A DNA stretch of 15,443 nt from Calditrichia bacterium (GTDB lineage: Bacteria; Calditrichota; Calditrichia; RBG-13-44-9), in contig JARRQT010000105.1 in the NCBI GenBank assembly GCA_037381445.1, positions 1 to 15,443 of the forward strand, read 5' to 3'. This document shows, in pieces, positions 9,047 through 15,443 of this stretch (position 1 is the first letter of the stretch; the number at the start of each line of letters is the position of its first letter). Under the pieces are notes generated by a model. That model was not told the DNA's origin. It saw only the letters and a list, made by a program, of their open reading frames with translations, and made no database searches. Position numbers and translations under genes: made by a program.

Positions 9047-11785
9047 ATGCGTTTGATTTTCGCTTTGGTTCTGTGTATCAGTCTTATATTGATTGGGTCT
9101 CCCATGAGGGCAAGTGCCGGTACGGATTCTGTCTCCGTCCGGTTCTCGATCAAATGGGAAAAACCTGCCGGGAAAATATCGCTGGCGGGGAATTTCAATA
9201 ATTTTGATCTCAATGCCGATCTGCTTCAGGGGCCGGATTCTGCGGGCGTCTGGCAGATAGAGAAAAAACTGCCCTATGGCACTTATGAATACCGCTTTGT
9301 CATCGATGATCGGATCTACGTGCGCGATCCCGCGAATCCTGATTTTGGCGGGATCCGCAGCAACTCGCTGCTCTATCTCGATCCTCCTCAAAAGCCGCAT
9401 TTAAAGGTAATTTCACCGCTCCCGGGGCAGCGCATCATCCGATTTCCGCTGGAAATAAGAATCCGGTTTGAACTCGGGAGCCGAACGGAAAAAATTGATC
9501 TGAAAAAGAGCCGGATTTTAATTGATGAAAAACCGGTCGAAATGAAATATGACCGCAAAAATCATTTACTGGAGGCAGAAATTAAATCGCTCCCGGAAGG
9601 CGAACATGCTTTTGCGGCGGCGCTCACGGACAGCAAAAAGAACAGGACGCGCCAGTACCGCTCCATTTTTGTAGTCAATGCGCAAAATGAAGCCCCCGTA
9701 GCAGAGGCGGGATACAGTCAGTTCTGCCGCCCCGGCGAACCGGTTCATCTGGACGGCGGCCTGAGTTATGATCCTGACCTGGATGATCTGGCCATTTTTC
9801 AATGGAAGGTGCTGGGCGATACCGTAGCGGTGCAGATCACTGGCGATGCGGACACCGCTTTTCCCCAGGCGGTTTTTCGGAAAACCGGGGATTATCGCTT
9901 TGTATTACGGGTTTCTGACGGCGCCCTGTGGAGCGTTCCGGACACAACCACCGTATACTGTCGCAAATTCCCCGCGAGTTTTGCAGATTTCCGCCTGAAG
10001 ACCGAGGATGCAACTGAATACGCCCCCCTTCAAACCGTTTCAGTCGCCGGGGAGTTCAATCGCTGGCAGGCAGGTGCGGACACCCTGGGAAATTCCGGAT
10101 CGTCCGTTTGGGAACTGTGCAAGCCGCTGCGGCCGGGTCAATATGAATACAAATTTGTGCTGAACAACCAGCACTGGATACCGGATCCCGCTAATGATGA
10201 ACGGGTGGAAGACGGCTGGAAAGGATTCAACTCCGTCCTGACGGTGCCGCCCCTGTTCGCTGAGCCGCTGGACTGGAATTTCCGGCTGCTCTCCGATGGG
10301 CTTATCCTTCAGAATTCCGCCAACCAGCCGTTCACAGTTTTGGAGGATAACAATAATCCGGCAGAATTGAACTGGCGGGGTGATTCTCTCTTAACCAGCG
10401 GGATGCGGCCCGGCACCTACTTTTCCTATGCTCTGGCAGGACCCGATTCAAGACCCTTTCCGCCGCAGCTTTACCTGTTTCAAAGCAACGGCAACCATGC
10501 GCTGAGCCTTATGGATTTCCGGGAGACGCCGGGATGGACGCGAAATGCTGTGACCTATCAGATCTATCTGCGCGCCTTTGGCCCCGATTCGACCCGGCAG
10601 GGCACCCTCCGGGACCTGCGGAGCAAACTGGATTACCTGCAGGAACTCGGCGTCAACTGTGTGTGGCTGATGCCCATCATGGAAAGTCCTACCGAGCATG
10701 GATATACGCCGGTCGACTATTTCAGCATTGAAAAGGATTACGGGACGCTGGCGGAGTTCGACTCCCTTATCAGCGACCTGCACCGCCGGGGGATGAAATT
10801 TTTCTTTGATTTTGTGGCCAACCACAGTTCCGATCAGCACCCCTATTTTCTCTCGGCCTGGTATAATCCCCAGTCGGTGTTCCGCAACTGGTATATCTGG
10901 CACGGTCCGCGCGAGTATGAATTCCACAACGACTGGGACCAGCTCCCTAATTTGAATTACAACAATCCCAATGTCCGCCATTTTATTCTGAAGGCAGCGA
11001 AATTCTGGATTGATCATGGTGTGGACGGATTACGCTGCGACGCCGCCTGGGGCGTGCCGCATGATTTCTGGAAAGATTTCCGGCGGAAGATCAAATCCTG
11101 GAATCCGGAAGTCGCACTGCTGGATGAAGTGTTGCCGCGGGACCCCGCCTATCACGATTTCGAGTTTGACATGAGCTATGACACCGATTTTTACGGCAAT
11201 GTGCTGGATGTTTTCCGGGGCAGGAAATCGGTGGAGGGACTGCGTTTTGGTTTGGAAAAAACTGCCGCAAACTATCCCCCGCAGGTTGTGGATTTCCGCT
11301 ATATCGAAAATCAGGATATGCCGCGTTTCATCAGCCAGTTTGGGCCGCGGGCAGCAAAAGCGGCGGCAGCGCTCCTCTACACGCTGCCCGGCATGCCGCT
11401 GGTCTATTATGGACAGGAGGTTGGCCTTCGGGAAACCCGCGAACCCATGCGCTGGAATCTTGTGGGAAATCCCATGTTTCAATTTTACCGGGAGCTGATC
11501 GGATTGCGCAAGTCCCACCCGGCATTTTCAGGAAGCAGTGTAAAGTTCATGGAGGTCTCCGCTCCCGGAAAAGTTCTGGCCTATTCCAGGGAATCCGGAG
11601 CGGAGCGATTTGCGGTGGTCATCAATTTTGCTTCATCGCCGCTGGATATGCAGGTGCAGGGCGGTGATGAAAGAAAATTTTATTACATTTTCGGGAGTGA
11701 AAAAATGGGGCCGGGCATCCACCTGGTTGATATTCGGAATCTGCATCTGGATGCATACGGATTTGTCATTCTGAAAATGCAATAG
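9047..11785 (+). CDS. Exported multidomain GH13 glycoside hydrolase: signal peptide, CBM48/AMPK-beta-like domain, Ig-like domain, PKD-like domain, second CBM48-like domain, catalytic domain
   Basis: 912 aa with signal peptide ending ASA-G. There are two glycogen-binding-type repeats (SLAGNFNNF...GTYEYRFVIDD...DPANP and SVAGEFNRW...GQYEYKFVLNN.HWIPDPAN) and a PKD-like NEAPVAEAG...LDGGLSYDPD. GH13 motifs: VWLMPI, HGY, DFVANH, GLRCDAAW, LDEV, ENQD. GAGGA lies upstream. Confidence 0.9.
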   Translation: MRLIFALVLCISLILIGSPMRASAGTDSVSVRFSIKWEKPAGKISLAGNFNNFDLNADLLQGPDSAGVWQIEKKLPYGTYEYRFVIDDRIYVRDPANPDFGGIRSNSLLYLDPPQKPHLKVISPLPGQRIIRFPLEIRIRFELGSRTEKIDLKKSRILIDEKPVEMKYDRKNHLLEAEIKSLPEGEHAFAAALTDSKKNRTRQYRSIFVVNAQNEAPVAEAGYSQFCRPGEPVHLDGGLSYDPDLDDLAIFQWKVLGDTVAVQITGDADTAFPQAVFRKTGDYRFVLRVSDGALWSVPDTTTVYCRKFPASFADFRLKTEDATEYAPLQTVSVAGEFNRWQAGADTLGNSGSSVWELCKPLRPGQYEYKFVLNNQHWIPDPANDERVEDGWKGFNSVLTVPPLFAEPLDWNFRLLSDGLILQNSANQPFTVLEDNNNPAELNWRGDSLLTSGMRPGTYFSYALAGPDSRPFPPQLYLFQSNGNHALSLMDFRETPGWTRNAVTYQIYLRAFGPDSTRQGTLRDLRSKLDYLQELGVNCVWLMPIMESPTEHGYTPVDYFSIEKDYGTLAEFDSLISDLHRRGMKFFFDFVANHSSDQHPYFLSAWYNPQSVFRNWYIWHGPREYEFHNDWDQLPNLNYNNPNVRHFILKAAKFWIDHGVDGLRCDAAWGVPHDFWKDFRRKIKSWNPEVALLDEVLPRDPAYHDFEFDMSYDTDFYGNVLDVFRGRKSVEGLRFGLEKTAANYPPQVVDFRYIENQDMPRFISQFGPRAAKAAAALLYTLPGMPLVYYGQEVGLRETREPMRWNLVGNPMFQFYRELIGLRKSHPAFSGSSVKFMEVSAPGKVLAYSRESGAERFAVVINFASSPLDMQVQGGDERKFYYIFGSEKMGPGIHLVDIRNLHLDAYGFVILKMQ

Positions 11786-11954
11786 TAATGAAATATGCAG
11801 GATTTGGGTTATGTGTGGGTGGATTCGGCGGAAATTGCATGGAGCGGGTTGGAATTTCAGGCTGCTGAAGAAATTAGGACCTGGATTCCAGATTAAATGG
11901 AGAAATGAAAATTTCATTGGAGAAAGCGATTTGTTAATGAACCGGGAAACAGGC

Positions 11955-14900
11955 ATGCCGTTAAAATTATGTATTTTTCTGAGCGGTATTTTGATCGCGA
12001 TAACGTCTCTTTTTTCACAGGACAGCCTTTTTGAAAACATGAAGCTGGATTTGAAACCCGACCAGCCCCGTCAGTTTATCTTCACCAACAAAAAGGCGGC
12101 CTTCTGGTACGGCGAAGCGCAGCAGCCCAATCACAATGGATTCGAGGGATATACCATTCTTGAACAGCGCTATCTGCAGGATTACTCCCTCTTTGCTGAC
12201 GGACAGCCGGTTGACCGGGGTGCCGCTGAAGATATTCAACTTTATCCCGACCGGCTGGTGCGCCGCTACGCCCGCTTCACTGAAGTTTTTCATTTCGTCG
12301 ATTCACTGAATCTCCTCATGCTGGACATCGTTCCGGCAGACTCTATGGAACTGGAGGTGCGCTTTCGGTTTGCGGAACCCATCACTGCAAATCTCTGGAA
12401 CTGGAATCGTGAAAAGCAGTCCCTCGAAACCGAGTTTCATGGTTTCGGACAGGATAAACCGGCCCTCATTGCCTGTGAGGTATCCGGCCAGGCGGCGGCT
12501 GTGAAATCGCTGTTCCTGGACAGTGAGAAAAAAGGTGAAGATTCCGGCCGGGGTATTGGTTTCAAGATGCAGGCCTCCGGCAAAGTGACCGTGGCGGTAA
12601 TGTTTTCGCAGACCAAACCGGAGCTGGCACAGATGTCTGCGCTGGTTTCCGATAGCAGCAGAATAGCGGAAGTACGAGGCAAACGGATTCGCCGCCTCCT
12701 GCAAAATGCCGTCGTCCGCACCGGCAATCTGGAACTTGACCGGGCCTACCGCTGGGCACTGATTTCCATGGATGATCTGGTGACCGAACAGCGGGGGAAG
12801 GGCATCTGGGCCGGTCTGCCCTGGTTTAATAATTACTGGGGCCGGGACAGTTTTATTTCCTTCACCGGTGCGCTTTTATGCAGTGGCCAGTTTGACGAGG
12901 CGCGGCAGGTGCTTCTTTCTTTTTCGGATTTCCAGAATCGGGATACATCGTCTCAATTTTATGGGCGAATTCCCAACCGGGTGATGCTGAAGGAAATCAT
13001 TTATAACACAGTGGACGGCACCCCCTGGTTTGTCAAATCGTGCGAAAATTATGTGAAATACAGTGGTGATACCGCTTTCATCAAAGAGATTTTCCCGGCA
13101 CTGCGTCGGGCCATGGAAGGAGCATTAAAATATCATGTGGATAAGCTGGGATTCCTCACCCATGCCGACGCCGAAACCTGGATGGATGCGGTGGGAAGCG
13201 AAGGACCCTGGTCGCCGCGCGGCAACCGGGCGGTGGAAATTCAGGCGTTGTGGCTGGAGCAGCTGCGGATCTCAATCCGGTGGGCAAGAGAAACGGGGGA
13301 TGAAGCTCTGGCCAAAAAATGGACACGGATCGAACAAAAGACCACAGAGAATTTTGCAGAATATTTCTGGAATTCCGGAGACGGCGACCTTTATGATCAT
13401 CTGAATGAAGACGGTACTCCGGACAAACAGCTTCGCCCCAATCAGATTTTCGCGCTGACCATTCCGGAATCACTCGTTCTTGAAAAATCGCAGGCGGAAA
13501 AGGTGCTCACCACGGTGGTGGATAAGCTGACCTATCCCTGGGGTGTCGGCTCCCTCTGGCAGAAGGATCCCAATTTTCACCCCTATCACCACTATGCGCC
13601 CTATTATGTGCCGGATGCCGCCTATCACAATGGAATTGTGTGGACCTGGCTGGCCGGTCCGCTGCTGACTGCTCTCTTTCCCCACAATGCACATCTGGCT
13701 TACAATCTCCTGCAGAATGAGGCGCGGCAGATTCTGCAAAAGGATGCGGCGGGCAGCTATTCGGAGCTGCTGGAAGCCTGGCCTCGGCCCGACGAAGCGT
13801 CTCCGCGCATTTCGGGGACCGTTTCACAGGCCTGGAACCTGGCGGAGTTTATCCGGAATGTCAACCAGGATTTGCTGGGCATCAAACCGGACCTTTCCGC
13901 GGGGAAATTGCTGTTGGAGCCGCATCTGCCATCAGATATGTCGGCTGTGGAATTCACATTCCGCCTCGGTGAGACGCCTATTTCCGGCCGGTATGAAAAG
14001 AAAAAAGATAATTTTGCAATCATGCTTGAGCCCGTCACGCCGCTTGATAAAACTATGGATCTCACGGTGAAACTGCCCGACGGAAGGGGAGAACTTGTTT
14101 CATTCCAGACTCTGTGGGATATGAATTCTGCGGCCAATATACGGATTTCTCATCCAGGAGGCGAGGCGGCGGTAAAATTCAATGGTGTAACGGTCCCGAA
14201 TGTGCAGATAAGCGGAATTGATGTATTGCCGGATTTGAAATTTTGCGAACCGTCGATGGACATGGATCTGCCCGCACTGAAAGGTCCCGAATTTGATCTT
14301 GTCACACCGGAAGATGCGGTTCGCAAACCGGACAGTGCAGCCCGCCTGCTATTTTCGAAGAATGATCCGGCAGGGGATGACAGGGGGCCCAACGGAAAAT
14401 ATGTTTATCCCCAAAATCCTGCTTTTAAGCCTGGCATATTTGATGGCAGGAGTGTAAAAATCTGGAGGGATGACACAAGTTTATATTTCAAAATAGAATA
14501 TGAGAATCTGGTGAATCCCGGCTGGCGGCCCGAGAGCGGCTACCAGTTGACCTATACCGCCATCGCGCTGAACTTCGGGGAGGAGGCAGGACCCCGAAAA
14601 ACGCGGGTGGAGATGAACGCCAACTATTCCGTATCCAAAGATTATGCCTATAATTTTATGATTTTTGTGGGGAACGGATACCGGCTTGTAGATTCCGACA
14701 ATAAAATTCTGGCCGAATATCGTCCGCAGGACAATGACCATCCCATTGGTTTCGTGAAGGACAAGAGTGTGCAGTTTGCCGTCCCGCTGAAATATTTCCC
14801 CGTTGTGAGATTAAGAAATGCGTACGTGATGATTGGCGGGCAGGATGACCACGGCGCCGGGGGAGTGGGGGAATTCCGCACGGTTGGCCGCCAGGCCGGT

Positions 14901-14972
14901 GAATGGCAGGGCGGCGGGGGAGATCAGTCCGTCGGCAATCCTTCGGTTTATGATGTTATTGAAGTGGAGTAG
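11955..14972 (+). CDS. Exported amylo-alpha-1,6-glucosidase (glycogen debranching enzyme C-terminal/GH133-like (alpha/alpha)6 barrel) with a C-terminal glucodextranase DOMON-like domain
   Basis: IWAGLPWFNNYWGRDSFIS, GRIPN, YNTVDGTPWF, TWMDA...PRGNRAVEIQALW, LRPNQIFA, AYHNGIVWTW and SQAWNLAE match the debranching-enzyme family. The tail has DPAGDDRGPNGKYVYP...FKPGIFD. The start is uncertain (11955 or 11937 are favoured over 11811 because a signal peptide, MPLKLCIFLSGILIAITSLFS-Q, follows). Confidence 0.85.
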   Translation: MPLKLCIFLSGILIAITSLFSQDSLFENMKLDLKPDQPRQFIFTNKKAAFWYGEAQQPNHNGFEGYTILEQRYLQDYSLFADGQPVDRGAAEDIQLYPDRLVRRYARFTEVFHFVDSLNLLMLDIVPADSMELEVRFRFAEPITANLWNWNREKQSLETEFHGFGQDKPALIACEVSGQAAAVKSLFLDSEKKGEDSGRGIGFKMQASGKVTVAVMFSQTKPELAQMSALVSDSSRIAEVRGKRIRRLLQNAVVRTGNLELDRAYRWALISMDDLVTEQRGKGIWAGLPWFNNYWGRDSFISFTGALLCSGQFDEARQVLLSFSDFQNRDTSSQFYGRIPNRVMLKEIIYNTVDGTPWFVKSCENYVKYSGDTAFIKEIFPALRRAMEGALKYHVDKLGFLTHADAETWMDAVGSEGPWSPRGNRAVEIQALWLEQLRISIRWARETGDEALAKKWTRIEQKTTENFAEYFWNSGDGDLYDHLNEDGTPDKQLRPNQIFALTIPESLVLEKSQAEKVLTTVVDKLTYPWGVGSLWQKDPNFHPYHHYAPYYVPDAAYHNGIVWTWLAGPLLTALFPHNAHLAYNLLQNEARQILQKDAAGSYSELLEAWPRPDEASPRISGTVSQAWNLAEFIRNVNQDLLGIKPDLSAGKLLLEPHLPSDMSAVEFTFRLGETPISGRYEKKKDNFAIMLEPVTPLDKTMDLTVKLPDGRGELVSFQTLWDMNSAANIRISHPGGEAAVKFNGVTVPNVQISGIDVLPDLKFCEPSMDMDLPALKGPEFDLVTPEDAVRKPDSAARLLFSKNDPAGDDRGPNGKYVYPQNPAFKPGIFDGRSVKIWRDDTSLYFKIEYENLVNPGWRPESGYQLTYTAIALNFGEEAGPRKTRVEMNANYSVSKDYAYNFMIFVGNGYRLVDSDNKILAEYRPQDNDHPIGFVKDKSVQFAVPLKYFPVVRLRNAYVMIGGQDDHGAGGVGEFRTVGRQAGEWQGGGGDQSVGNPSVYDVIEVE

Positions 14973-14986
14973 GCAGCTGCAGCAAG

Positions 14987-15164
14987 GCAGGAAGTGATTC
15001 CCATCGGCGACAATGCAATGAATTGAGTATGTAATGGCATTTGGTCGGGGAAAGGATTCCCCTGCTATTTGGCGGGGTAGTGGTAAGAGGCAATTCCTAT
15101 TGCCGATACTGTGATAAATGCAATATGTGATGCTGTTAGGTCGGGGAAAGGATTCCCCTCCTAC
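14987..15164. repeat. Four REP-like palindromic 24-mers in alternating orientation, forming two tandem REPIN-like doublets with a 96-bp period
   Basis: Units: 14987-15010 (+) GCAGGA AGTGAT TCCC ATCGGC GA; 15045-15068 (-) ATAGCA GGGGAA TCCT TTCCCC GA; 15083-15106 (+) GTAAGA GGCAAT TCCT ATTGCC GA; 15141-15164 (-) GTAGGA GGGGAA TCCT TTCCCC GA. The 21-mer GGTCGGGGAAAGGATTCCCCT is exact at 15043 and 15139. Confidence 0.75.
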
Positions 15165-15179
15165 CCGGAGGATTTGTTT

Positions 15180-15443
15180 TCAGGAAGATTCGTGCACAAT
15201 CACCTTCCCGTATTTCTTCTCCAGGTCGGCGATGATTTGAGGCAACTGATCGCTGTCCACGCGCAGAATCAGCTCTCTTTTGTCCGGCGGCATCTGGTAT
15301 TTGGTAATCAAAAAACTTAAAATTTTGGCCGGGTAATTCCGGATAATATCCGCGACTTCCTTCACACTGCCGGGCCGGTCGTCGATAACCATGGAGAGAC
15401 GCGGGACGCCCCATTTGGCCCCGGTCACTTCCAGCAGGGCTTC
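15180..15443 (-). CDS. ACT-domain protein C-terminus, probably CBS+ACT (AcuB-like); 5' end outside the window
   Basis: The frame is open to the window edge: EALLEVTGAKWGVPRLSMVIDDRPGSVKEVADIIRNYPAKILSF...RELILRVD. 'DRPG.L..V..I' is an ACT motif, and the preceding 'LLEVTG...G.R' linker resembles AcuB-like proteins. Confidence 0.7.
   Translation of the reverse strand, partial: EALLEVTGAKWGVPRLSMVIDDRPGSVKEVADIIRNYPAKILSFLITKYQMPPDKRELILRVDSDQLPQIIADLEKKYGKVIVHESS

Noticed and set aside
8941..9201. 86-aa ORF (TTG start) between the amylases, and the 69-aa ORF at 15111-15320
   Set aside because: Both have weak starts, overlap real genes or the REP units, and show no recognisable features.
11811..11936. 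N-terminal extension of the debranching enzyme from ATG 11811
   Set aside because: It has no clear RBS and would bury the signal peptide about 48 residues inside the protein.
15043..15163. Palindromic direct repeat as a mini CRISPR array
   Set aside because: There are only two direct copies at a 96-bp period, with inverted related copies in between and homologous rather than unique spacers. No cas genes are present. It fits REP/REPIN better.

Overview
Bacterial DNA of roughly 50% GC. The 'QNYPNPFNP...SGIY' C-terminal sorting domain suggests an FCB-related lineage such as Calditrichota, KSB1 or Ignavibacteria (inference). Nearly the whole window is one + strand alpha-glucan (starch/glycogen/maltodextrin) utilisation locus. 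It holds the 3' end of a Na+/solute symporter, a maltodextrin-type ABC transporter (lipoprotein binding protein and two permeases, no ATPase), a TrmB-family regulator, three GH13 enzymes and an exported amylo-alpha-1,6-glucosidase-like protein with a glucodextranase DOMON-like tail. A convergent ACT-domain (AcuB-like) gene fragment closes the window. Three observations stand out. (1) The first GH13 gene appears to start at 4592 with a lipoprotein signal and has an apparent frameshifting deletion near 4740 that removes the first strand/helix of the barrel. (2) The secreted GH13 has an N-terminal module resembling plant plastid CBM45. (3) A 96-bp-period tandem of GTAG-type REP doublets with compensatory stem changes lies at 14987-15164. 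I see no CRISPR array, RNA gene, transposase or defence system. What is unusual here is the combination of known parts, not a clearly new system.
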